Counted from the stretch's first letter, positions 28,682-37,841 are shown. The stretch: 64,000 bases of DNA from Minisyncoccota bacterium (GCA_022763365.1 JALEGN010000007.1:24665-88664); one strand, 5' to 3'. The notes: a model not told the origin generated them from the sequence alone. Made by a program: numbers and translations.

Positions 28682-28880
28682 CATAGCGGGACAAGGTTAA
28701 ACTTTGTACGGTTTTTGTCCGAATGAATAATTTTGCTTGGTAAAGTTAGACCTGTGTCCCTATTACGGGCACAATTACAATGCACACTAAAAATGTGTAT
28801 TTTCGTTTGAGGAAATATACATCACATGAGATACTGTAATTGATAAACATTGCTACATGTTTACATAATCATTTAATTAT

Positions 28881-29261
28881 ATGGAAGAAATTTTAAGTTT
28901 ACTTTATTTTGTTATTGCAATTATTATTATTGCGTCAATGTGGAAAGTTTTTACCAAAGCAGGACGTCCTGGTTGGGAAGCAATTATCCCAATCTACAAC
29001 CTTTATATTATTCAAAAATTAATTAAAAAACCTTGGTGGTGGATTCTCCTGATGTTCATTCCGTGGCTTGGACTTATTTGGACTATTTGGTCAACAAATT
29101 TACTTGCAAAAAGTTTTGGTAAAACTGAAGGATTCACAGCTGGTATGATTCTATTACCTTTTGTATTCTATCCCATCTTAGGGTTTGGTAATGCACGGTA
29201 TACAGAACCACAATCAAATTCTCATGAATCAATATTAGAAGCTGAAATTATTGAAGAATAA
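28881..29261 (+). CDS. small polytopic membrane protein (DUF5684-like)
   Basis: KAGRPGWEAIIPIYN...KKPWWWILL...GFGNARY pattern recalled for DUF5684 proteins. Confidence 0.45.
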   Translation: MEEILSLLYFVIAIIIIASMWKVFTKAGRPGWEAIIPIYNLYIIQKLIKKPWWWILLMFIPWLGLIWTIWSTNLLAKSFGKTEGFTAGMILLPFVFYPILGFGNARYTEPQSNSHESILEAEIIEE

Positions 29262-29290
29262 AAAAAACACCAATATGGTGTTTTTTTATT
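29259..29290. terminator. bidirectional intrinsic terminator
   Basis: AAAAAAAACACC-AATAT-GGTGTTTTTTT. Confidence 0.6.
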
Positions 29291-29994
29291 TATTCTTCTG
29301 TTTCAGATTGGTCTCCTTCAAGAACTTCTTCAACTTCAATTTCAATTTCACTATCTGATTCGTCGCTTTCTTCAGTATCAACAAGAGTTCGATACAGACG
29401 AGCGTAAAGAATCGCTGTCATTGGAATTGTAATAACTAACCCAATAACGAGTGCCAATAATCCAAAGAGATTAAAGAATGCAACTACAATCATGAACCAA
29501 AGGATTTTCCATGCATTTCCTTTCGTTGCGTTCCAGCTAATTTTTAATGATTCAAAAATACCTGCTTTTTCTTCTGCAGCAATATATTGAGCAAAGACTA
29601 ATCCGATAGTTAGTACAATCCCTGGAATAATGAACAATAGTGTTCCAAGGCCAATCAACGCTGATGTAAGCAATGAAACAACCACGAATGAAAGAAAATG
29701 TGTCCATGAATGTGCTCCATGGAATAATTGTTCGATTTTTGCTTCTTTATTATCTACAACATTAAGAACAAATTTAATATATCCGAGAGTAATGAAAATT
29801 TGGAGTAGCCATGCAAGAATTCCAACAATTGGTGACTGAGAAACATATCCTTCAGGACTCACACTTACTCCTAGATTTCCTAAGAATCCAACAAGGAGGA
29901 AAATAATTCCTACTAAAATGAATAATGTCCAATGTTTTTTATAATCAACCCATGAATCTTTAAAGAGTTGATTAATGCTAAATGTTTTTTTCAT
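29290..29994 (-). CDS. polytopic membrane protein with an acidic C-terminal tail, hypothetical
   Basis: Five or six predicted TM helices and a C-terminal DTEESDESDSEIEIEVEE tail. Confidence 0.4.
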   Translation of the reverse strand: MKKTFSINQLFKDSWVDYKKHWTLFILVGIIFLLVGFLGNLGVSVSPEGYVSQSPIVGILAWLLQIFITLGYIKFVLNVVDNKEAKIEQLFHGAHSWTHFLSFVVVSLLTSALIGLGTLLFIIPGIVLTIGLVFAQYIAAEEKAGIFESLKISWNATKGNAWKILWFMIVVAFFNLFGLLALVIGLVITIPMTAILYARLYRTLVDTEESDESDSEIEIEVEEVLEGDQSETEE

Positions 29995-30035
29995 ACACCA
30001 GAATTATATCAAAAAAAGAGATTTTTACATCTCTT

Positions 30036-31508
30036 TTAATCTTTACGTTCCCTCATTATTGGAAAGAATATAACATCACGTAGATTTTTTTGATTCGTAA
30101 AAAACGCAATCAATCGATCGATTCCCATACCAAAACCAGTCATTGGTGGCATACCATGTTCCATAGCTGTTAAGAATACTTCGTCAACCTCCATAGCTTC
30201 AACATCACCATCCGCCTTTGCTTGAGCTTGAGCCTCTAAGAGTTCTCGCTGCTTAATTGGGTTTACTAATTCGGCATACTGATTTGTTATTTCAGCTCCT
30301 CCAATAATCAATTGAGCAACTTTCGCTGTTCCATCATTATTCTGCTGCGCAAGTGGTTTAAGATCGCCAGGATAATCAACAATAAAGGCAGGTCCAATAA
30401 TGTTATTCCGTGAAGATTTTTTGTAAATAAAATCAAGAAGATTTGCACGTCCTGTCTTTGAAACCTCATCACTGTCCATTCCCCATTCTTTTGCTTTTTC
30501 TTGAATTTTTTCAAGGCTTGCTGTTTCAATATTAATGTTTGCGTTTTCTTTCAATAAATCTGGAAAACGTAGACGTGGCCACTTACCACTTACATCGACT
30601 TGAATCTCATTATCATTTTTATCCCAAATACTAAATACCGATTCACCAACTACATCTTTAGCAAGATGTTTAATGAGTTCCTCAGTCCATTGCATATTCT
30701 GTTCGAGACTTTGATAGGCAGCATACCACTCAATCATTGTAAACTCCTGCAAGTGCGTTGGATCAGATCCTTCGTTGCGGAAATTTTTTCCAATTTCGTA
30801 TATACGTGGGTAACCACCTGCCATAATCATTTTATGCTCAAGCTCAAGAGAAATCCGCAGCACCATGTCCATATCATAATCATTATGATATGTGTTAAAT
30901 GTTTCCGCCATAGCACCACCAGCTTGATTTTGAAGAATTGGTGTTTCTATCTCCATAAATTCTCGATCATCAAAGAATCGACGAATAGCAGAGATGACTT
31001 TCGAACGTATTTGGAATCGCTTATAGGATTCTTCATTTGAAATGACATCAAGGTAACGCTTTCGGTAAATTTCTTCTTGATCTTGGAGTCCTGAATGTTT
31101 ATCAGGTAATGGTAGAAGTGACTTCCCTGCCATTTTCCATTCCTTAACTAAAAGACTTTCAGCCCCACGTTTCGTCACAAAAAATTCTCCCGAACACTGA
31201 ATAAAATCACCAATATCAACCGTATCTTTAAACAATTGCATAAGTGATTCATCGATTGAGTCTTTTTTCAAAACCACCTGAAAATCAGCCGTTCCATCAT
31301 TGAGTACTACAAACATAATAGCCCCAGCACCACGAATAGCCATAACACGGCCTGTTGCAGTAACTTCTTTTCCCTCTTCAAAAGAATCTGTAATAGTTTT
31401 TAGATTAATTTCTTGAACAATATCTTCGGGGAACGCCTTCATTCCGGCAGCTTCTAGTTTTTCAATTTTCTCAAGTCGCACTGACCGCAATTCATCAAGT
31501 GATGCCAT
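30036..31508 (-). CDS. lysS: lysine--tRNA ligase (class II)
   Basis: N-terminal OB anticodon-binding domain and class II motifs (FRNEG, GGAMAETF, GMGIDRL). Confidence 0.9.
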   Translation of the reverse strand: MASLDELRSVRLEKIEKLEAAGMKAFPEDIVQEINLKTITDSFEEGKEVTATGRVMAIRGAGAIMFVVLNDGTADFQVVLKKDSIDESLMQLFKDTVDIGDFIQCSGEFFVTKRGAESLLVKEWKMAGKSLLPLPDKHSGLQDQEEIYRKRYLDVISNEESYKRFQIRSKVISAIRRFFDDREFMEIETPILQNQAGGAMAETFNTYHNDYDMDMVLRISLELEHKMIMAGGYPRIYEIGKNFRNEGSDPTHLQEFTMIEWYAAYQSLEQNMQWTEELIKHLAKDVVGESVFSIWDKNDNEIQVDVSGKWPRLRFPDLLKENANINIETASLEKIQEKAKEWGMDSDEVSKTGRANLLDFIYKKSSRNNIIGPAFIVDYPGDLKPLAQQNNDGTAKVAQLIIGGAEITNQYAELVNPIKQRELLEAQAQAKADGDVEAMEVDEVFLTAMEHGMPPMTGFGMGIDRLIAFFTNQKNLRDVIFFPIMRERKD

Positions 31509-31544
31509 AATATTTAAAGTATAAATGATATAGTTAATTGTTCA

Positions 31545-31580
31545 ATATATATTGACATAATAATAATATGTTATAATATA
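31545..31580 (+). promoter_or_regulatory. sigma70-like promoter (TTGACA ... TATAAT) for the 31611 ORF
   Basis: ttgacataataataatatgttataatataat lies upstream of the ORF starting at 31611. Confidence 0.4.
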
Positions 31581-31610
31581 ATTTATGAAAATAACTTTAA
31601 AAAACTAATC

Positions 31611-31979
31611 ATGGAAACAGTTGAACTAAATTTTGTTATCTTAACTAAAATTATGTTGTTCTTCTGGATCGTACTAGAAACAGCATTCTGGACCCATTTT
31701 CTTAGAGATTCTTCCTTTAAAAAAGTAGAAAGACTCAATATGCAATTAGTGCATCAGAATTTTTTTGAACTAGTTGTTGTATTAAGTGCTATCTTAAGTA
31801 TTATAACTTTTCTAAACTTTATAACGTTTCCTTTTTCTGACACTAAGTTAATTAAATACTTGTCAGGCTGGGATACAATACTTCTTGTAATAACATGCAT
31901 ATTTAGATCAGCAACATTATTTTTTGTTTTAGGCACAAAAATTGAAAGGGATGTACCACTATTAAAAGAAAATAATTAA
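31611..31979 (+). CDS. hypothetical membrane protein
   Basis: 122-aa ORF with about 3 TM helices. Confidence 0.35.
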   Translation: METVELNFVILTKIMLFFWIVLETAFWTHFLRDSSFKKVERLNMQLVHQNFFELVVVLSAILSIITFLNFITFPFSDTKLIKYLSGWDTILLVITCIFRSATLFFVLGTKIERDVPLLKENN

Positions 31980-31982
31980 AGA

Positions 31983-32090
31983 TGAGAACAATTATATTCT
32001 TTATCATAGCAGGTTTTATAACTGACGATTTTGGGTCAGCATTCTGGCTTACTCTAGCCTACCTCTTTCTCAGAGGCGATTCTGAATAAA
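31983..32090 (+). CDS. possible 35-aa membrane micropeptide
   Basis: MRTIIFFIIAGFITDDFGSAFWLTLAYLFLRGDSE, followed by an AGAGCG..CGCTCT-TTTTT terminator at about 32100-32130. Speculative. Confidence 0.2.
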
Positions 32091-32200
32091 AACTAAATAG
32101 AAAGAGCGAATAAACCCGCTCTTTTTTGTTGAAATTATTTTTACAAATTGACAAAAAATTATCAAATTATATTGTTAATATAAATCTAAAAACAAAGTAA

Positions 32201-32530
32201 ATGAAATTAAAAATCAAAGCAAAAAACCATGAGTTATTTGAAATGTATCTCACCAATATCTTAAATCTTTTAGGTATGATTGAAATGGGAGGCACAATTC
32301 TTAATGAATCAGGAAGAGAAACCTTAGGTTATTGGCATCAGGACCCTGACGATAAAACTCGTTATTTTCTAGGGCATGGAAATAATGCATGGCTCAATGT
32401 AAAGAATAAAGGTAAAAATTTTATAGATTGTGAAATAAATTTTCGTTATGACAAAAACTTTGAAAAGAAAAAAACAGTTACTAAATTGATGAATGTATTA
32501 TTTGAAGATAATACTGAATTAATTGACTAA
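32201..32530 (+). CDS. hypothetical protein
   Basis: 109-aa ORF with no motif. A bidirectional terminator follows at about 32540-32575. Confidence 0.3.
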   Translation: MKLKIKAKNHELFEMYLTNILNLLGMIEMGGTILNESGRETLGYWHQDPDDKTRYFLGHGNNAWLNVKNKGKNFIDCEINFRYDKNFEKKKTVTKLMNVLFEDNTELID

Positions 32531-32572
32531 TCTAATATAAAAGACCTCATATCTAATGAAGTCTTTTTTATA

Positions 32573-33043
32573 TTATTGAACTGAATTAATTTGGTAGTGA
32601 GTGACTCCCTTTGGTGTTTCAACACTCACCTCATCACCCTTTGATTTATTCATTACTGCAGCACCGATTGGTGACTCAAATGAGATTTTCCCTGATGAAA
32701 AATCAGCTTCTTCGTTTCCTACAATCTGATAGGTTTTTTCTTCTCCTGTTTCTTTTTTAAGAAGGATAACGGTTGAACCTAAACCAATCGTTCCATCGGT
32801 ATTAGCCTCCACGACAACAGCATTCTTTAAAATAGCTTCAATTTGAGAAATGCGTGCTTCGTTTTTACCCTGAGCATCTTTTGATGAATGATATTCAGCA
32901 TTTTCAGAAAGATCACCAAGAGATTTAGCAAAAGCGAGGCGCTCTAAAATTTCTGCTCGAACCGTTGTTTTAAGATGTTCAAGTTCTTTTTCAAGTTCCT
33001 CTTTTTTCTCTTGTGTTAAAAATTCCTGTGTTTCCATATTCAA
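32573..33043 (-). CDS. greA: transcription elongation factor GreA
   Basis: N-terminal coiled coil with acidic tip residues (LGDLSENAEY) and a C-terminal FKBP-like domain. Confidence 0.85.
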   Translation of the reverse strand: MNMETQEFLTQEKKEELEKELEHLKTTVRAEILERLAFAKSLGDLSENAEYHSSKDAQGKNEARISQIEAILKNAVVVEANTDGTIGLGSTVILLKKETGEEKTYQIVGNEEADFSSGKISFESPIGAAVMNKSKGDEVSVETPKGVTHYQINSVQ

Positions 33044-33098
33044 TTAGTATATGAATCTTTAATCTTTGTGCAAGATAAAAACTCCTCAAAAGGAGTTT

Positions 33099-33233
33099 TT
33101 ATTGTGCGCGTACCATTACTATCTCTTCAGTATCAGCCAACATTTCAGTTTTGTGATGTGAAGAAGGATTAGCTGAAGCATGCACAACAAATATTGCCAA
33201 AGCAATAAATACACATTGTATAAATATTTTCAT
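33099..33233 (-). CDS. possible small secreted peptide (44 aa)
   Basis: MKIFIQCVFIALAIFVVHASA | NPSSHHKTEMLADTEEIVMVRAQ reads as a signal peptide plus a 23-aa mature peptide. A terminator hairpin lies at about 33070-33105. Speculative. Confidence 0.2.
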   Translation of the reverse strand: MKIFIQCVFIALAIFVVHASANPSSHHKTEMLADTEEIVMVRAQ

Positions 33234-33308
33234 GCTTATAAAGAGTTAATGATTAATAGGAAGATACTATCTATCCTCACTCTATATAACGTATCAAAGT
33301 AGAAAATA

Positions 33309-34997
33309 TTACAATGATGTCCAAAATTCTGAATATTCTTCACTTACGGTATCAATAAAATTACGCATGGCTCGGCCTGCAGACCCTTCACTATCTTCGG
33401 GAGCGCGTTCCATAACGATAGCATAAGAATATTGTGGGTTTTCATATGGGAAGAAACCAATAATCCATGAATTATAAAATTCATTATTAACACCAACTTG
33501 TGCTGTACCTGTTTTAGCAGCCATAGACACCTCAGGAACATTAATAATACGTGCCGTTCCTTCTGTTACCGTATCTCGCATACCTGAGCGTATCGTTTGA
33601 TAATCATCAGGAGAAATTGAAATGTCTACTTGTTTTTCTTCTGGTTCAGCTTTTACCAAGAGCGGCGTTAAGAGATTTCCATTATTAGCCAAAGCTGCCG
33701 TTGCCCGCGTCATTTGCAGGGGATTTACCTGAAAACCAAACTGACCAATAGAGGTAATATAGGTATCCCCTAGTCGCCACGTCCCGTCATCAAATACTCG
33801 TTCTTTCCAAGAAGGACTTGGAATGGTTCCCGTTGCTTCATTTCCGAAATCAATACCTGTAGGTTCTGCAATATCAAAGGCACGAATGTAGCGCTCTATT
33901 TGAGAAATACCGAGGCCTTCTTGGTTTTGATAACCACCACCAATGGCGTAGAAAAAGGTATTCACTGAATCTGCAATCGCAAAACGAATATCACTAAGTC
34001 CATGTCCTTCCCTACGCCAATCTCTAAATACTGAACTATTTGAAGGATTGAATCGATTAGGGATTTCAATCCGGCCAGTACTCATAATCGTCGTATTTTC
34101 GGTAATAAGATTTTCATTTAAGGCAGCTAAACCAAGAAAGGGTTTTACCGTCGACCCCGGTGTATAGAGTCCAGAAACAACTCTATTCAAAAATGGTTTT
34201 TGAGGATTAGTGAAGAATCCATTAATAGCCTCTACATCTTCGCCCTCAGCAAGGGTATATGGATCGAATTCAGGATAACTGGTAAAAGCAATCAATTCGC
34301 CGGTCTCTATATCCATGATACTAGCAGCAGCCCCTACAAAGCCAGCTTCTTCGGCTTGGGTTTCAATTGCACGATACAAGGCATGTTGAATGTAGGTATC
34401 AATTGTTGTTGTGAGATTATCACCATCGTCAGGTTCAGCAATACGATTATTCGACAAGGATTCTCCTAAGGCATCCACCTCAATAAGAGTTGCCCCATTT
34501 TCTCCTGCCAATAGGTCATTATATTTTTTCTCAATACCAGCTTGCCCACCAATTTCTCGGCGCCAGAAAAATCCACTGGAATCTCGTTCAGGATAATTAA
34601 CGTAGCCTAATAAGTGACCATGACCACTTCTATCAGTATAAGCTCGATTCAGAAAGTCTTCCTCACCTTCAGTATTCCAAGCAATTTCAATACCATTGCG
34701 ATCATAAATAACACCTCGCTCGGCAAAAATAGGATTACTACGAAGTCTATTATTTTCTGAACGTTCTAAATATGAATCGCCTTCTGCCAATTGAAGATAC
34801 ACCAGTTGCCCAGAGAAAATCAAAAGACATAGTCCAAAAAAACCTCCAAGGAATTGTAGGGCTTTTTGTGCAATAGGTTTTTCAATAACACCTTCAAATT
34901 GCTGTTTATCAAGATTAGAAACATTTGCATCATCAAGAAAAATTTCATCTGGCAAAATTTCATAATCACGGTATTTTCGTTTAAACCATTTACGCAT
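33309..34997 (-). CDS. mrdA: penicillin-binding protein 2 (class B transpeptidase, elongation-type)
   Basis: N-terminal TM, dimerisation domain, SxxK (STVK), SxN (SVN) and KTG (KTGTA) motifs. It is not in the dcw cluster, unlike the second class-B PBP at 55341-57062. Confidence 0.75.
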   Translation of the reverse strand: MRKWFKRKYRDYEILPDEIFLDDANVSNLDKQQFEGVIEKPIAQKALQFLGGFFGLCLLIFSGQLVYLQLAEGDSYLERSENNRLRSNPIFAERGVIYDRNGIEIAWNTEGEEDFLNRAYTDRSGHGHLLGYVNYPERDSSGFFWRREIGGQAGIEKKYNDLLAGENGATLIEVDALGESLSNNRIAEPDDGDNLTTTIDTYIQHALYRAIETQAEEAGFVGAAASIMDIETGELIAFTSYPEFDPYTLAEGEDVEAINGFFTNPQKPFLNRVVSGLYTPGSTVKPFLGLAALNENLITENTTIMSTGRIEIPNRFNPSNSSVFRDWRREGHGLSDIRFAIADSVNTFFYAIGGGYQNQEGLGISQIERYIRAFDIAEPTGIDFGNEATGTIPSPSWKERVFDDGTWRLGDTYITSIGQFGFQVNPLQMTRATAALANNGNLLTPLLVKAEPEEKQVDISISPDDYQTIRSGMRDTVTEGTARIINVPEVSMAAKTGTAQVGVNNEFYNSWIIGFFPYENPQYSYAIVMERAPEDSEGSAGRAMRNFIDTVSEEYSEFWTSL

Positions 34998-35253
34998 GAA
35001 AACTGAGTCGACTTTTAATTGGATTTAAGAGGAGGAAAATAATACATGAAATAATGGTATAGATAGGAATGGTGATGATACCGAATTCATACATGCTGTT
35101 ATACATAATATCAATAACAACACCAATAATAATTATTTCATAAAATGCATATCGCATACTTAATCCAATAATAAGTCCCAAAAGTATAGCAAAGATAGGA
35201 TTAATAAAAACGACGACGCTCAGAAGGAGGAACAAAATAAATAAACGTTTCAT
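34990..35253 (-). CDS. small polytopic membrane protein (MreD-like position, unverified)
   Basis: 87-aa very hydrophobic ORF immediately upstream of PBP2. Confidence 0.3.
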   Translation of the reverse strand: MKRLFILFLLLSVVVFINPIFAILLGLIIGLSMRYAFYEIIIIGVVIDIMYNSMYEFGIITIPIYTIISCIIFLLLNPIKSRLSFHA

Positions 35254-35256
35254 AGT

Positions 35257-36516
35257 TTATTTATTCCCACGAAGCTCTGCAGCTTTGGCAACACGTTCAA
35301 CTGCAATTTTGAACCCTGCCGTTCGCAGCGAAATATCTTCTTTTTGAGAAAGAGCGTAGACCTTTTCTGTTGCAGCTACCATGATGCTGTGTAATCGATC
35401 ATCTACCTCTTTTGCTGACCAATAGTACTGTTGACGATTTTGTACCCATTCGAAATAACTCACGGTTACACCACCAGCATTAGCAAGGAAATCAGGAACG
35501 AGAATAATATTATTTTTTTCTAAAATTTCATCAGCTTTGGTGCTGGTTGGATTATTCGCTAGCTCAAGAATAAGTGAAGCTTGAATATCAGCAGCGTTAT
35601 CTTCAGTAATTTGATTTTCAAGTGCTGCAGGAATTAAAATATCACATGATTGAATCAAGAGTTCTTCATTTGATATTTTTTGAACATCCTCATTATCATT
35701 AAATAATTCATGAAGAGAAATTCGTTTTTCTTGTTTTGCTTCTTGAATTGCATGAACATCAAATCCTGAATCTTTATAAATTGCCCCTTTAGAGTCTGAA
35801 ATTCCTACGATTCTAAATCCTTCATCAGCTAAAATTGTAGCAGCATAAGAACCAACATTTCCAAAACCTTGAATAACAACCTTTCGTTCGCCAGCAAGTT
35901 CTGGTTTAAACTCAAGAATCTTTAAAAGAGAATACACACCACCTTGTGATGTTGCTTCGGTTCGTCCTTTTGAACCACCAAGCTCAAGTGGTTTTCCAGT
36001 AATGACTCCAGGCTCTGATCGACCAACCGTTTTTTCGTATTCATCAAGCATATACGACATTGTCTGACCGTTAGTATTAACGTCAGGTGCTGGAATATCT
36101 TGGTCAACACCAATATAGTCACTCATTGATCGTGCCCACGCTCTGGCTACACCTTCGATTTCTTTATCGTTGTAATCACGTGGATTAATCGTTGCACCAC
36201 CTTTGGCACCACCTAATGGAATACCAACAAGTGAACATTTCAACATCATCGTGATCGCCAGTGTTTTAACTTCGTCTAAATCTACATCTGGATGAAAACG
36301 AATCCCTCCTTTATAGGGTCCAAGCGCATTATTAAATTGTACGCGGTACATATCAACCTCTTTTCCTAATTCTGGAACCATTACTGAGATATCAATAACT
36401 TTGTAGGGATGAGTAATATTATTAATGGTTTCTTTGCTGAAGCCTAATTCCTCTCCAGCTTTTGCAATAGCATCCTGAATATTTTTGTAGATGCTTTCTT
36501 TTTTTTCTGTATTCAT
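35257..36516 (-). CDS. gdhA: NAD(P)-dependent glutamate dehydrogenase (Glu/Leu/Phe/Val dehydrogenase family)
   Basis: Catalytic Lys region KGGIRFHPDVDLDEVKTLAITMMLKCSLVGIPLGGAKGG and a Rossmann motif GFGNVGS. Confidence 0.85.
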   Translation of the reverse strand: MNTEKKESIYKNIQDAIAKAGEELGFSKETINNITHPYKVIDISVMVPELGKEVDMYRVQFNNALGPYKGGIRFHPDVDLDEVKTLAITMMLKCSLVGIPLGGAKGGATINPRDYNDKEIEGVARAWARSMSDYIGVDQDIPAPDVNTNGQTMSYMLDEYEKTVGRSEPGVITGKPLELGGSKGRTEATSQGGVYSLLKILEFKPELAGERKVVIQGFGNVGSYAATILADEGFRIVGISDSKGAIYKDSGFDVHAIQEAKQEKRISLHELFNDNEDVQKISNEELLIQSCDILIPAALENQITEDNAADIQASLILELANNPTSTKADEILEKNNIILVPDFLANAGGVTVSYFEWVQNRQQYYWSAKEVDDRLHSIMVAATEKVYALSQKEDISLRTAGFKIAVERVAKAAELRGNK

Positions 36517-36577
36517 AATATATCCAGTATATACCTGCAAAAACAAAAAACAAAAAAACCTGATGAAATATCAGGTT

Positions 36578-36760
36578 CTAAAAATAAATAATGTGTCCAC
36601 TGAGTTGAAGCTCATTAGCAAGTTCTTTTTCAGAAAGTTGCTCGAGAGTTCTGAGCGGGTAAATATTAGATCGAGTTTTTGCCAGCCATTTTTTGGCTCG
36701 TTTTTTGCTTTCACAAAATCCAAAAAGAAAATTTCTCAAGGATGCTGAATACTTTTTCAT
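36578..36760 (-). CDS. small basic protein (60 aa), hypothetical
   Basis: Start overlaps the stop of the upstream small ORF (TAATATG). A hairpin terminator (AACCTGAT-GAAATA-TCAGGTT) lies at about 36559-36580. Confidence 0.25.
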   Translation of the reverse strand: MKKYSASLRNFLFGFCESKKRAKKWLAKTRSNIYPLRTLEQLSEKELANELQLSGHIIYF

Positions 36761-36761
36761 A

Positions 36762-36933
36762 TTACACAGATTTAAGTTTCACAATTCCACTATGAGCAGT
36801 TCGATTTTGAGAAATAGTACCAAACAATTGAGCTCTTTTTTCTCGCCAGTTTTTCCTTGTTTCTGAAAGGTCAGCCCCAACAAAACCGAATGGTCCTGCA
36901 TTAATGATTCTCTCTTTAATATCTTTTTTCATT
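36762..36933 (-). CDS. small protein (56 aa), hypothetical
   Basis: MKKDIKERIINAGPFGFVGADLSETRKNWREKRAQLFGTISQNRTAHSGIVKLKSV, translationally coupled to the next small ORF. Confidence 0.25.
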
Positions 36934-36992
36934 GTATCGAGTGTTTTTATTATAAAACACTAATTTAAAATAAAAGTCAATTATAGAAATAA

Positions 36993-37841
36993 TTAGATAA
37001 GATCTTTCACTTCTTCAACGAGTTTTTTTGATAAAGTACGGCTGAGTTCAAATTTCTTCATAAAATCATTTTCACTGACACCAGCAAGTTCTTTAACCAA
37101 AATAATTCCTTCTGCTGAAAACTTTTTAAGAGCTTTCTTTGTAATAGATGGCAGAGTTGTTACAGGATACAAACTACGTTCTGAAACAATCTTTTTCAGA
37201 TTAATGTATTTCGGATAATCCCAGCCCATTAACTGCATATCACGATGTGCTACATAATTTATAGCGTTATCAGTAAACTGTGTGTTGGTTACTACCCATT
37301 CATAAAACTCTCGTGTATCGCCGACTTTTTTGGCTTGTCTTCTAATATCTTGAACTTTAGCGTCCGCGTACATTACCTGATTGATGTGAGTTTTACTACG
37401 ATAATCATTTCGATACTTAGCCTCGATAATATACACGACATTCCCCTTCTCTGCCCATACATCAATTTCATGTGAGACTCCTTCCCCACTGACATAAACA
37501 TTTGTCTGAACATAATATCCCATTTCTTTAAACAGAGCTGCGACATATTGTTCAAAAATAAATCCTGATGGTCCTAAGGCTGTTAGTCCTCGTTCAAGAC
37601 CATAAAGAGCCGCAAGTTTAGGATTAAATTCATTAATATATTTTCGTGTGGTCACAAAAATTTTATCAGTTGAAACACCTGAATCAATACTCTCATCAAC
37701 AATACTACATACCTGATTCGCTAGATTGTCAGGTACTCCTACCGCCATAACTGAATGACATAATTTTTCAGGCTGAAACAACTCTTCTTGTCCATTTTGC
37801 TTTACAATCTTTCGTTTCCTTCTCTGTGATCTTCGCGACAT
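36993..37841 (-). CDS. ATP-cone domain protein fused to a PD-(D/E)xK (Mrr-like) restriction-endonuclease-fold domain
   Basis: N-terminal ATP-cone (IVKQNGQEELFQPEKLCHSV). The central region has the D...EAK nuclease core (HEIDVWAEKGNVVYIIEAKYR). Confidence 0.6.
   Translation of the reverse strand: MSRRSQRRKRKIVKQNGQEELFQPEKLCHSVMAVGVPDNLANQVCSIVDESIDSGVSTDKIFVTTRKYINEFNPKLAALYGLERGLTALGPSGFIFEQYVAALFKEMGYYVQTNVYVSGEGVSHEIDVWAEKGNVVYIIEAKYRNDYRSKTHINQVMYADAKVQDIRRQAKKVGDTREFYEWVVTNTQFTDNAINYVAHRDMQLMGWDYPKYINLKKIVSERSLYPVTTLPSITKKALKKFSAEGIILVKELAGVSENDFMKKFELSRTLSKKLVEEVKDLI

Noticed and set aside
28258-28880. Integrated mobile element at the tRNA-Leu locus
   Set aside because: tRNA 3'-end duplication is a classic integration signature. 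However, the duplicated fragment lies only about 90 nt from the intact tRNA, and no integrase, recombinase or cargo genes are present. I therefore treat it as tRNA gene decay or rearrangement rather than a present-day island.
33050-33308. Possible ncRNA in the 260-bp mrdA-greA spacer
   Set aside because: Only two simple terminator-like hairpins and a short peptide ORF are visible. No conserved ncRNA motif (tmRNA, RNase P, SRP, 6S) is recognisable.
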